This document shows positions 45,871-61,455 of a stretch of DNA of 64,000 bases, one piece after another (position 1 is the first letter of the stretch; each line of letters begins with the position of its first letter). The stretch comes from Candidatus Eiseniibacteriota bacterium (GTDB lineage Bacteria; Eisenbacteria; RBG-16-71-46). The translations under genes and the position numbers were made by a program. The stretch spans positions 96,001 through 160,000 of the forward strand of contig CAVSAC010000014.1 of assembly GCA_963725865.1 (NCBI GenBank), in the 5' to 3' direction. Under the pieces are notes generated by a model. It had not been told where the DNA came from, made no database searches, and saw only the letters and a list, made by a program, of their open reading frames with translations.

Positions 45871-46791
45871 CGCCGGCGCGGCGCCAGCGTGATGAGCGCC
45901 ACCGCCCCCACGATCACGGTCGCCGCCAGCATCGTGCGCGCCCCGAGCGGCTCGCCCGCGAGCGCCCAGCCCAGGAACACCGCGACCACCGGGTTCACGA
46001 ACGCGTAGGTCGCCGCGCGCGACGGCGAGGCGACCCGCAGCAGCCACAGGTACGCGGTGAAGGCCACGATCGAGCCGAACAGCGCCAGGTAGCCCAGCGA
46101 CAGCAGCGCGCGCACGCCGACGTGCGACCAGTCGAAGCGCGCGGGCTCGCCGGCGGCCCAGCCCGCGAGCGCCAGGCACACGCTGCCGGCGAGCATCTCC
46201 ATCGCGGTGCCCATCAGCGGATCGCTCGGCAGCGGTCACCCGCGGCGCCAGCAGCGAGCCCACGGACCACGAGAGCGAGCCGGCCACCAGCACGCCCGCC
46301 GCCAGCAGGTCGATGCGATTGCTGCCCGCGAGCGACTCGGGGCCCACCAGGATCGCGATGCCCGCGAGCCCCATCGCCACCCCCAGCCACGCGCGCCGGC
46401 CCGGCCGCGTTCCGCCGCCGACGCCCTGCAGCAGCGCCATCCACAGCGGCACCGACGCCACCATGAGCGCCGTGAGGCCCGAGGGCACGCGGGTCTCCGA
46501 CCACACCACCGCGCCGTTGCCGCCCAGCAGCATCAGCGCGCCCACCAGCCCCGCCGAGGCCCAGTGGCGCGCGGTCGGCCACGGGGCCCCGCGCAGGCGC
46601 AGCCACGCGAACATCGTCACGCCGGCGAGCAGGAAGCGCAGGCTCGCCATCAGGAACGGCGGGATGTCCGCGATCGCCCAGCGGATCGCGAGGTAGGTCG
46701 AGCCCCAGATCAGGTACACGCACGCGAAGGCGAACACCACCTGCCAGCGCGGCGGGGCGGACGACGAGGTCGGGGGGTGCGCGGGGGTCAT
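45867..46791 (-). CDS. EamA/DMT family transporter (YedA-like); frameshift near 46235
   Basis: VYLIWGSTYLAIR, PPFLMASLRFLLAG, YLALFGSIVAFTAYLWLL, TYAFVNPVVAV. Confidence 0.92.
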
Positions 46792-46914
46792 CGTGCCGCC
46801 ATCTTACCGGCCCGGCGCCGGCGGGTGTAACCTCCTGTCGGTTCCCCGAACCGCGGCGCGACGCCGCCCCGAGGCGCTCCACGCCGCCCGCCGCATCCGC
46901 ATCAGGGGGCCGTC

Positions 46915-48065
46915 ATGCGCCTCTCGACCCTGTTGCTGGCACTCGCGCACTCGCTGCGCTCGCCGCGCTCGCCGCGCCCGCCACCGCCGACCCGTTCCTC
47001 GTCGATGTCGCCAACCGCACCATCGAGACCTCGATGATCCGCGTGCGCTTCGACGCCACCCAACCCGAGCGACTGCTGAACGTGGTGTACAAACCGTTCG
47101 GCGACTTCAACCTCAACGGCGAGTCCATGCCGTACGAGTTCAGCGGCCAGTCGATCCGCGGGATGTGGGCCGGGCAGGGCTTCATCTGGCCCGCGCCGGT
47201 GACCCAGCTCTGGCAGGTGCTCGAACAGGACCAGCAGCACCTGCGCGTGCGCATCGAGTCGCAGTCGGTGAAGGAGGGCACCAGCCTGCTCGAGCCCCCG
47301 GTGAGCACGGTGTACACGTTCTTCGCCGACTCGGCCGGCTTCCAGGTGGAGCGCACCTTCCACTTCGACGACGTGCCGCTGACCGAGGACTTCCAGCTCT
47401 ACGTGCTGCGCGTCTCGCTCTCGTACGCGGCCCACCTGCGCTGGCGCAGCGACACCGGCTCGATGCAGCAGACCGACCCGTGCCTCTACGGGTGCTGGAC
47501 CAGCGCCTGGGATCGCCACTGGGTGCAGACCTACGGCGGCACCCTCGGCGTCGCGCTCATGCTGGCACCCGAGTGCGCGGGCACGCTCCGCCTCGCGTAC
47601 GACCGCGACAACAATTCGTGGGCCGAGTGGGCGAGCCCGATCACCGGCAGCATCGCGTGCTCGAGCGACAAGACCTACCGGATGCTGGTGCACTTCTCCA
47701 CCTCTCCATCCGACGTCCTGCTGCTCGACGGCGTGTACGCGTGGTTCGCTGCGCTACCGCCAGCGGCCGTGGACGCGGCGCCGCCGGTCGCGGCACTGGG
47801 CCTCGAGCTGGCGCCCAATCCGAGCGCGGCGGCAGTGCGGGTGGCGCTCGCGCTGTCCGCCCCCGCCGCGGTCGACGTGGCGGTGTTCGACCTCGCCGGT
47901 CGCCGCGTGGCCACGCTGCGGTCGGGCGCGTGCGCGGCCGGCACCACCACGCTGGCCTGGGACGGCCGCGACGCGCGCGGGGCGCGGGTGCCGCCGGGGC
48001 TCTACCTGGTGCGCGCCGCGCGCGACGGCGCCGCGGTCGCGAGGCGGCTGGTGCGGCTGGAATGA
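46915..48065 (+). CDS. Secreted protein with unknown N-terminal domain and FlgD-Ig/T9SS-CTD-like C-terminus
   Basis: MRLSTLLLALA signal (frameshift near 46950); C-terminus APNPS...VFDLAGRRVATL...WDGRDARGARVPPGLYLVR. Confidence 0.8.
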
Positions 48066-48069
48066 ACGC

Positions 48070-48103
48070 GACGCCCCGCGCCGTGGAGCGGGCGCGGGGC
48101 GTC
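48070..48103. terminator. Hairpin between convergent genes (possible bidirectional terminator)
   Basis: Perfect 13-bp stem GACGCCCCGCGCC / GGCGCGGGGCGTC with an 8-nt loop; no U-tract. Confidence 0.6.
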
Positions 48104-48128
48104 GGATCGCGGCAGAGGTCGGGCGCGG

Positions 48129-53657
<5,529 letters not shown>

Positions 53658-53872
53658 GGTGCTCCTTGGACGGAGGCGAGCGTCGCCGGGCCCATCGTGG
53701 TCCCGGCAGCGGGGATGTCGATAGGTGTAATGGTCCACGCAGCGCGCGTCGAGCGCAAACTGGGAGTGGTTCCCTCCGGCAGGACGCACACGAGTTTCGC
53801 GCGTCGCCGTCCGCTCGCGCGAGGGGGCGGCCCGCCGCGTCCCTGCGCGAGCCGCCCGAGCTTGCGAGGAAC

Positions 53873-54982
53873 CTAGAACTGCATTCGCACGCCGGTCTCG
53901 ATGACGTCGTCGAAGAACCGATCCACCTGCCGCCACGACAGGTCGACGCCGAGCTTGGTGCCGCCGACGCGCACCGTCGTGCCCGCGCCGAACGCGAGCC
54001 CGCCGTAGAGGTCGTCGCCGCTCGTGAAGCTCATCGACTCGGCTCCGGTGTCGGGATCGACCACGTTCACGATCGAGCCGACGTACGAGCCGCGCAGCGC
54101 GAACACGTGCCGGTAGTCCCACTCCAGCCCCGCGGACAGGTTGTCGCCCGCGAAATTGTTGTTCTGGAACGCCGAATGGAACGTCACGCGCTGCTCGGTG
54201 GCGCGCCACATGTCGTAGGTCGCCGAGAACGTGAAGTACGACGGCATCTCGAAGGGCGCCGACGACAGCCGATAGATGCGGTTGGTCGCCGACGGGTCGC
54301 TGCCCGGCGGCTGGATGCTGGTCTCCAGTCCGGGACCGCCGAACTGCATGCTCGACCCGAAGTTCTTCATGACCACTCCGAACTGCAGGTTGCGCCAGCC
54401 GGTCTGGTACTGGACCCCGAAGTCGAACGCCAGCCCGCTCGCCGTCATGTCCTGGATGCGCTCGCCCACGTAGTCGGCCGTCACGCCGAACTTGACGCGA
54501 TCGGTGAACGTGCGCGCCCACGACAGGCCCATCACGACGAACGTCGGCTGCAGGACCTCGCCGGTGCCCTCGGGCGCCGCCTCGGTGGTGACGATGATGT
54601 CGCCGACCGAGAGCGCCTTGAGCTGCAGCCCGAGGGTGCCGAGATCCCCGACATGGGTGCCGAGCGCGAGGTAGTTCAGCCGCATGTCCGCGAAGTAGCG
54701 CGTGCTGCTGAACAGCGCCTCGGTGCGCTCGATGGTCGCGAGGCCGGCGGGATTCCAGAACGCCGCCTCGATGCCGCTCACGTCGCCCGCGATGGCCCCG
54801 CCCAGCGCGTTGCCCCGCGGCCCCACCGGGATGCGCAGCTCCTGCGCGCCCCCGGTGCCCTTGCGCTCGTCCGAACCGGCGCCCGCGGCGCCCGCCCACA
54901 TCAGGAGGGCGAGCAGTCCCAGGGCACCCGCCCGCTTCCGGGCGCTCGCCCGGCCGGCTCGATGCTCAGAGATGTTGTGCAT
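53873..54982 (-). CDS. PorV/PorQ-family outer-membrane beta-barrel protein
   Basis: Signal peptide; GTGGAQELRIPVGPRGNALGGA, AAFWNPAGLA, AFDFGVQYQT, KNFG, LRG; C-terminal Phe. Confidence 0.85.
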   Translation of the reverse strand: MHNISEHRAGRASARKRAGALGLLALLMWAGAAGAGSDERKGTGGAQELRIPVGPRGNALGGAIAGDVSGIEAAFWNPAGLATIERTEALFSSTRYFADMRLNYLALGTHVGDLGTLGLQLKALSVGDIIVTTEAAPEGTGEVLQPTFVVMGLSWARTFTDRVKFGVTADYVGERIQDMTASGLAFDFGVQYQTGWRNLQFGVVMKNFGSSMQFGGPGLETSIQPPGSDPSATNRIYRLSSAPFEMPSYFTFSATYDMWRATEQRVTFHSAFQNNNFAGDNLSAGLEWDYRHVFALRGSYVGSIVNVVDPDTGAESMSFTSGDDLYGGLAFGAGTTVRVGGTKLGVDLSWRQVDRFFDDVIETGVRMQF

Positions 54983-54995
54983 GATCAGCCCCCTC

Positions 54996-57900
54996 TCAAT
55001 AGGTGGTCAGCCGTTCCTTTTCCATGAACACCGCGATCCGGCCGAACGTGGACCCCACGCCCGGCGCGTCGACGTGGAAGACGTACACGCCGCTGCCGAC
55101 CGGCAGGCGATTGCGCGTCTGCAGGTCCCATTCGAGGATCGAGGTGGTGGCGTCCGTCTTCTCGAGCGTGCGCACCAGGTCGCCGGCCAGGTTGAAGATG
55201 CGGACGGTCGCGTGCTCCGGCAGGTTGATGAAGCGCACCACGCGGGCGAACGGGCTCAGCTCGTACGCCGAGTGCGCGTAGTACGGATTGGGCACGACGC
55301 GGATGCGCTTCAGGTTCGCCTTCGCGAGCCCGGCGTCGTTGCGCACCAGCGCGTGGGTCGTGAACTCGTAGATGTCGTTCGAGGTCGCGGGCTGCGCCCA
55401 CAGCCACTGGAACGCGTCGCCGTCGTCGACCACGGCGCCCCCGCTCGGCTTGCGCGCCCACAGCGCGTAGAGGATCGGCATCTCGTCCGCGAGGATCGCG
55501 CCGTCGGCGGCGAACTCTGCCTTGGGCGTGTCGCTGTACGGGCGCTTGAGCACGAACAGGTACTCGCCGCCGCCGTCCTCGTCGGCGTTCGGCGCCCACG
55601 TGGAGTCGAACGTCGCGAGCTGGCTCGCGGGCGGCTGGATCGTGCCGGCCGCGTCGGCGACCGTGCGCTCCACCCACGCGACGTCGAGTTGCTCGCCGTG
55701 GCTCACGTCCCACACCTGGAACGGGACCGTGTGAAAGCCCCCGTAGCGGTACTCGCGCCCGTTGTCGGGCGCGGTGCCGTCGTCGAGCTGCAGCCGCAGG
55801 AAGCGATAGCCCTGCTGCGTCGCGGTGCGGCTGAACCGCAGCTGCACGGTGCCGAAGGAATCGGGCGCCACGGCCGGATCGAGCGCGCCGCCCCAGAAGT
55901 TGAATCCGCTGTCGCCGCCGCCGTCGAAGAACGGACCGCCGCCGCCCGCCACTCCGCCGAGCCCGGCCGCGTGCGTCGCGACCTCATCGAGGTAGCCCGC
56001 GTCCTGGAACGCCGGCACGTAGGCGCCGCGCACCTTCACCATCAGGCCGTCCACCACCCGGTACTCGCCCGCCCCCGTCTTGTTGATCTGGCGCTTGAGC
56101 AGCGTGTCCCCCGTGGTGACGTCGGTCAGGTCCCAGCCGAACAGGACGTCCTGACCGTCCACCTGCGGGAAGGGCGGCGACAGCGGGGTGAACGTCACGC
56201 GATAGCGGTGCCCCGTCACCTGCACGGGATCGACCACCTGAATGTCGAGCACGTCGGTCGACGGCGACAGCGCCGAGTCGACGCGCGCGTGCGTGAAGGC
56301 GGTCGGATCGGTCGAGGCGTAGTCGGTGCCGCCGGGCGCGCGCTGCGGGATCGCAGCGAGCACCTGCGGCGAGTTCTCGAGCACCTTGGGGAACCCGTCC
56401 GCGAAGAACGAGTACGCCGTCACCGCGTAGTAGTACTGGGTGGCGTCGAGCAGCGGGCCGCCGCGCACCGCGTCGGTGGTCGCGGTGTAGCTGAACCGCA
56501 GCCCGGTGTTCTCGCCGAACGCCACCACGAAGTCGGTGAACTCCGAGCAGGAGCCCGCGTCGAAGACGTCGTCGCGCACGCGGCCGACGTCGTCCGCCAG
56601 GTCGTAGGTCGCGAGCCGCTTCCACGGCCCGGTGGCGGTCTCGCCCTGGTACACGACGTAGCCCTGGAACGCGTATCGCGGATCGTGGTATCCGAGCCGC
56701 GAGCCCTCGTTCCACGACAGCGTCACGTGACCGTGGTCGGTCGCGACCGCGACCTGCGGCTGCGGCGGCGGGCTCGGCAGCGCGAACGAGGAGTCGAACG
56801 CGGCCTGCGCCACGCGGTCGTTGAACTTCATCGCCTCGATCGACGACAGGCGATCGCCGCACTGGCCGAGCACGATCCCGGCCACCACCTCCTGCGTGTC
56901 GCCGGGCGCCATCGTGAACGGCCCCGACGACATCATCATGCGGCGATCGGCCGGATTGGTGTCCAGCCAGCCGGTGCCGGTGACCGGATTGCCCGAGTTG
57001 TAGAACGTCGTCACGACGCCCCGCGGGTCGGTGAGGACGCTGCCGTCCGGCTTGAGCCCGAGCATGTAGTTGTACGTCTCGTCGGGCGCCTGCGGGTCGA
57101 GGTTGTTGATGTACTTGTTGAACGACGACAGCCCCAGCCGGGCCGCGCCCACCCGCGGCCCGCGCAGGAAGTCGAAGCCGACCGCCGGCGGCACCGCGCC
57201 GTAGTTCAGGTCGTTGTTCGTGGAGTTGTAGACGTACCCCATCGCGAGCGTGGTGTCGCTGCCGACCAGGTCGTCGGAGGCCCCGCCCAGGTCGGGATCG
57301 GACCACAGCGAGACGTACATCTGGTCGAGCGTCTCGGTGCCCTTGTTGATGATCCTGAACTTCATGAACGCCGTGGTGCCGAGTGCCCCCAGCCGGTCGA
57401 AGGCGAACGTGGTCTGCTGGATCTCCACGCCCAGCGGCAGGCTGTTCCCGGGCGGATCGGTGTGCGGCGCGGGATCGGCGTCGTTGTAGACGCACCACAG
57501 CATCTGGTCGCCGAGCACGTCGGGACCGGGCACGTCGACCGAATCCCCCTCCGCCGGCGTCGACGTGTCGGGGAGGCGGTAGAGCTTCCACGGCGCGCCG
57601 TACGGCGCCGCGCCGCTCATGTACTCGCTCCACGAGTGGTGGACCAGCGGGTCCGTGGACTCGTCCGCCGCGTCGCGCGTCACGTGCGCGGTGTCCTGCG
57701 GATTCCCGGTGAAGCGCGCCATCTTGTAGACGACGTGCGCCGAGCCGGTGGGATCGGCGGGCGTGCCGTCCACGATCGGACCCGGCAGGTACTCCTGCTG
57801 GTAGTCCGCGACCGTGGCGCGCACCTCGCCGTTCACCTTCGCCCCCAGCCACAGCCCGGACGCGTAGATCACTCCGTTCACGGACTGGCCGTTGGGGTAC

Positions 57901-58145
57901 ACGAGCCCCGGCAGGAACGCGTCCTGGCGGCCGGCGAACGCGCCGAAGTTCGAGACCCACATGTTGAACCGGTTGATGTCCAGATGGCGGTCGCCCACGA
58001 ACGACGTCACGTGGAGCGTGCTCTGGCCGTGCAGCGGTTGCGCCCCGCGCCCCCGCGCCGGCGCCGCCGCGCGGGCTGGCGCGACGCACGTGACGAGCGT
58101 CAGCGCGGCCAGCGTCGCGGTCCGGATGTCGCGTCGGATGTTCAT
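54996..58145 (-). CDS. 1049-aa secreted protein with Fn3-like region and T9SS-CTD-like C-terminus
   Basis: GAGAGGAGG RBS; signal MNIRRDIRTATLAALTL; PPPQPQV...VTLSW...FQGYVVY; C-terminus IRVVPNPYY...VRFINLP...IFNLAGDLVRTL...WDL...SGVYVFHV. Confidence 0.85.
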   Translation of the reverse strand: MNIRRDIRTATLAALTLVTCVAPARAAAPARGRGAQPLHGQSTLHVTSFVGDRHLDINRFNMWVSNFGAFAGRQDAFLPGLVYPNGQSVNGVIYASGLWLGAKVNGEVRATVADYQQEYLPGPIVDGTPADPTGSAHVVYKMARFTGNPQDTAHVTRDAADESTDPLVHHSWSEYMSGAAPYGAPWKLYRLPDTSTPAEGDSVDVPGPDVLGDQMLWCVYNDADPAPHTDPPGNSLPLGVEIQQTTFAFDRLGALGTTAFMKFRIINKGTETLDQMYVSLWSDPDLGGASDDLVGSDTTLAMGYVYNSTNNDLNYGAVPPAVGFDFLRGPRVGAARLGLSSFNKYINNLDPQAPDETYNYMLGLKPDGSVLTDPRGVVTTFYNSGNPVTGTGWLDTNPADRRMMMSSGPFTMAPGDTQEVVAGIVLGQCGDRLSSIEAMKFNDRVAQAAFDSSFALPSPPPQPQVAVATDHGHVTLSWNEGSRLGYHDPRYAFQGYVVYQGETATGPWKRLATYDLADDVGRVRDDVFDAGSCSEFTDFVVAFGENTGLRFSYTATTDAVRGGPLLDATQYYYAVTAYSFFADGFPKVLENSPQVLAAIPQRAPGGTDYASTDPTAFTHARVDSALSPSTDVLDIQVVDPVQVTGHRYRVTFTPLSPPFPQVDGQDVLFGWDLTDVTTGDTLLKRQINKTGAGEYRVVDGLMVKVRGAYVPAFQDAGYLDEVATHAAGLGGVAGGGGPFFDGGGDSGFNFWGGALDPAVAPDSFGTVQLRFSRTATQQGYRFLRLQLDDGTAPDNGREYRYGGFHTVPFQVWDVSHGEQLDVAWVERTVADAAGTIQPPASQLATFDSTWAPNADEDGGGEYLFVLKRPYSDTPKAEFAADGAILADEMPILYALWARKPSGGAVVDDGDAFQWLWAQPATSNDIYEFTTHALVRNDAGLAKANLKRIRVVPNPYYAHSAYELSPFARVVRFINLPEHATVRIFNLAGDLVRTLEKTDATTSILEWDLQTRNRLPVGSGVYVFHVDAPGVGSTFGRIAVFMEKERLTTY

Positions 58146-58174
58146 CCTCGGCCTCCTCTCGATCGGTCGCATGG

Positions 58175-61028
58175 TCAGAAGCTCGTCCGCAGGCCGAAAC
58201 GCACGAGCCGTGGGTTGCCGTAGTAGTTCGGGTCGTTCTGCGCCAGGTCGTACAGCGCCGCGCCGTCGCGCCCGGCGTCCGCCGCAGTCTGCAGGTAGGC
58301 CTGCCCGTCGGGCGTGTCGAGGAAGCCGGTGTTGGTCGGCGACCCGGTCGACGTGAACACCTGGATCGCGTTGCGGACGTCGAACACGTTGAGCACGGTC
58401 GCGAACGCCTCGAAGTCGATCCCGCTGAGCGTGAAGCCGCGGGTCGCCTTGAGGTCGAGGTTCGAGGTCCACGGGCCGTAGCGCGAGTTGATCGAGCCCG
58501 ACGGCGAGGTGGCGACCGTACCCAGCGTGACCTCGTCGTACACCTGGGTGGGCGTGTACGGCGTGCCGCTCGCCACGTTGAACAGCAGGTTCAGTCCGGT
58601 TCGCTCGAGCGGACGGTGCCCCTTCAGGAGCGGGCCCTGCCCGTGCGGCAGGTTCCAGTCGAGGTTGACCGACAGCTTGTGCCGCTGGTCGAAGTCGAGC
58701 GGCGCGGTCTGCTTGGGGGTCTGCGTCCCCGCCAACGCCGGGTTGCGCTGCGAATTCGACACCGAGCCGGTGCCCTGCGCGTACGACAGGCTGTACGACA
58801 GGTTCGCCGCCAGATGGCTCACCGGCTGCATCGTCAGGCCGAGGTCCACGCCCTTGACGGTGGCGAAGTCGCGGTTGCGGAAGCTCGCGAACACCTTCGG
58901 ATGCGAAGGCACCGCGGTGATCTCGACCAGGTCCCTCACGTCCTTGTAGTACGCCGTCACGTCGAGCCGCACGTGATCGCCCATCAGCCGGCCGACGCCG
59001 ACCTCGTACGCGGTGGTGCGCTCGGGCTTCAGGTTCGGATTGCCGAAGCCCACGAAGAACGGCGCCTGCCGCACCATGTAGTCGAGGAACCGATAGGACA
59101 CGTACAGGTCCTGCAGGTTCGGCTGCTGGTAGAACTGGCCGTAGTTGAAGCGCAGCAGCGTCCGCTCGTCGACCGGGAACGCCACCCCGAACCGCGGCGA
59201 GATGCGCGCGTAGGTCTTGTTCCGCTCGCAGGTCCCGCGACTCCAGCACGTCGGGGAGGTTGCCCGGGTCGGAGAGCGTGTCACCGAGCGGGAAGTGGTC
59301 GTTGCGCAGCGCCGGCGTGTCGACGTCGATGTAGTCGAACCGCAGCCCGCCGTTCACCACCAACCCCTCGCGCTCGTACTTGTCCTGCGTGTAGAGCGAG
59401 AAGGTCTTCGGGTGCTTGGGACCGTCGCGGCTGCCGTCGCCGTTCTCGACGATGCGCGCCGACGTCACGGCGCCGGTCGCATCGCGCTCCACGACCAGGT
59501 CGTACCCGTAGCCGTCCCAGTCGGTGAGATCGGGATGGTCCCCGAGCAGCGCGGACGGCGCGAAATGGTTGAAGAAGCGCAGCGTGTGCCGCTGGAAGTC
59601 CGCCCCCGCCTTGAGCTGGTTGTGGTTGTCGAACTGCCACACCAGGCTCCCCTGCCCGCCGACGTACGAGGAGCGGCGCTGCAGGTAGTCGTCCCACACG
59701 TGCCCGGACTTCCAGAACATCGGGCTCTCGGAGTCGAAGCGCGGGTTGGGCGAGCGCGCGTACGCGTTCAGGTCGTCGAACGCCACCCCGTCGCCGCGCC
59801 GGCGCTCGGTCTCGAAGAAGTTGGTGCCGAGGCTGTAGAACATCTTCGGGCTCAGCGTCTGGTTCCAGGTCGCGAAGTACGAGGCGTTCTGGTCCAGGTA
59901 GCGCGGCGTGTGCTCGAGGTCGAACAGGTAGGCGTTCCGGTATTCGCGCCAGTCGTCGCGCGAGCCGAGGCCACCCACCTTCAGCGAGGCACGGTCGCCG
60001 AGCCGCCAGTTCAGCTTGCCCTGCAGGCTGTAGCCGCCCTGGCTGTTGTTGGGCTTGATGTCGCCCTGCAGGCCCTGCGAGCGCAGCTCGCGCTCGAGCA
60101 CGTCCGGGATGAAGCTGGGCGCGCGGTCGCGCTGCCAGCGGCGTTCGCCCGACACGTAGAACGTCAGGTCGTCGCGGCCCGGGATGACGGGGCCGCCGAG
60201 CGAGCCGTCGTAGAGGTTGTAGTCGGCGCGCCGGGTGCCCGCCCACTTGCCGGCGAGCGCGTCGGAGACCGCCTCGACCGCCCCCTTGTACGTCTTGCTC
60301 CCCTCGCGCGTCACCACGTTGACCGCGCCCGACATGATGCGGCCGTACTCGGGCGCGAAGCCGCCGGTGAGCACGACGACCTCCTCGATGGCGTTGTTGT
60401 TGATCGCCGTGCTCGAGGATCCCGTGAGCGGGTCCTGCTGCGAGAAGCCGTCGACGAAGTACGCGGTCTCGTTCGGGCGCCCGCCGCGGATGATCAGCGT
60501 GTTCCCGTTCGAGGTCTCGTTGTCGATCTGGCGCTGGAAGTTGACGACCCCCGTCTGCTGCGCGGCCGCGTCGCGATAGCCGCGGGTCGGCAGCTTCTGG
60601 ATGTCCTGCGAGCTGATGAAGCGCGTGGTGCCGGTCGCGTCCTTCTGGAGCAGTGGGCGCTCCGCCTCGACGCGCACCTCGCCCAACTGCACCGCCTCGG
60701 TCCGCAGTACGACGTCGAGCGACGTGGTGAAGTCCGGGCGGATGACGACGTTGTCGGCGAGGTAGGCCGCGTGACCGAGCAGGTTGACGCGCACGGCGTA
60801 CGTCCCGGCGGGCAACCCGATGATGAAGTACTCCCCGTTCTCGTCGGAGGCCGCGCCCATGCGCATCGCGTCGATGCGCACGTTGGCCCCCATCAGGGGT
60901 TCCTTCTTCTCGTTCACGACGCGGCCCGCGAGCTTGCCCGTGGTCCCGGCCCGGGCCTCCGGCGCGCCCAGGACGAAGGCCGCGGCCAGGCTCAGCGATC
61001 CCAACACCTGGATGATGCGGCGGGTCAT
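58175..61028 (-). CDS. TonB-dependent receptor with N-terminal carboxypeptidase-regulatory-like domain (one frameshift near 59229)
   Basis: AAAGGAG RBS; GTTGKLAGRV...GANV; plug IRGGRPNET..VDG..TGGFAPEYG..SGAVNVVT; ISPRFG, GNPNLKPERTTAYEVG, PRLVRFGLRTSF. Confidence 0.92.
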
Positions 61029-61067
61029 GAGCGTTTCTCCTTTCGCGCTCCTCCAGGAGCGATCGAG

Positions 61068-61246
61068 GCCGAACGCGCCGCGCGGGTGCGCACAGCACGC
61101 ACAGGCCGTACTTGTGCTGGAGGGAGGAGGGACCTGCACTACCGGTGCGCCCGGAGCGCGCCGCACAGACTGCTGCCACGTGGGGAGGGCCCGAGTCGTC
61201 GCCGAACGCAACACGACGGCCGTACTCGTGCTGGAGTTGGGAGGAC
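61068..61246 (-). ncRNA. Candidate tandem structured RNA motif in the 5' leader of the TonB receptor operon
   Basis: Two copies of CUCCAGCAC[G/A]AGUACGGCC (18/19 identical, 114 nt apart), each closed by a complementary arm, preceded by CCUCC and followed by GCGUUCGGC. Confidence 0.55.
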
Positions 61247-61346
61247 TCAGCGCGGTGAGGGCACGACGCCCGGTGTGTCGCGTCGCCGCATCGGATCCCG
61301 AGGGAGGCCAGTGGGGCCATGGGACCCAGCCGCTGCTGATGCCTGC

Positions 61347-61375
61347 ACGCTAGGACAGCTACGACTCTCAGTCCA
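61347..61375 (-). promoter_or_regulatory. Putative sigma70 promoter for the TonB receptor operon
   Basis: Minus strand TGGACT-17 nt-TAGCGT just after the glyS terminator. Confidence 0.45.
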
Positions 61376-61397
61376 TCCTGAGATGCATCCTGGCCGC

Positions 61398-61437
61398 GAA
61401 AGATGCGGGCCCTCGCCACATCGCGACGAGGACCCGC
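61398..61437 (-). terminator. Putative intrinsic terminator after glyS
   Basis: GCGGGUCCUCGUCGC-gau-GUGGCGAGGGCCCGC stem (with GU pairs) followed by AUCUUUC. Confidence 0.55.
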
Positions 61438-61455
61438 GGCGCCGCAGCGGAACGC

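Noticed and set aside
54996..61214. 2072-aa ORF suggesting a giant TonB receptor-CTD fusion
   Set aside because: One extra base near 59229 moves the receptor's C-terminal half to the 58175-59284 frame. The intervening translation is junk and the second protein has its own RBS and signal peptide at 58145.
61093..61246. Guanidine-II (mini-ykkC), cobalamin or c-di-GMP riboswitch, or a mini CRISPR array
   Set aside because: The ACGG is not closed as a tetraloop and the hairpins are 114 nt apart. No B12 box or GEMM motifs are present, there are only two copies, and there are no cas genes.
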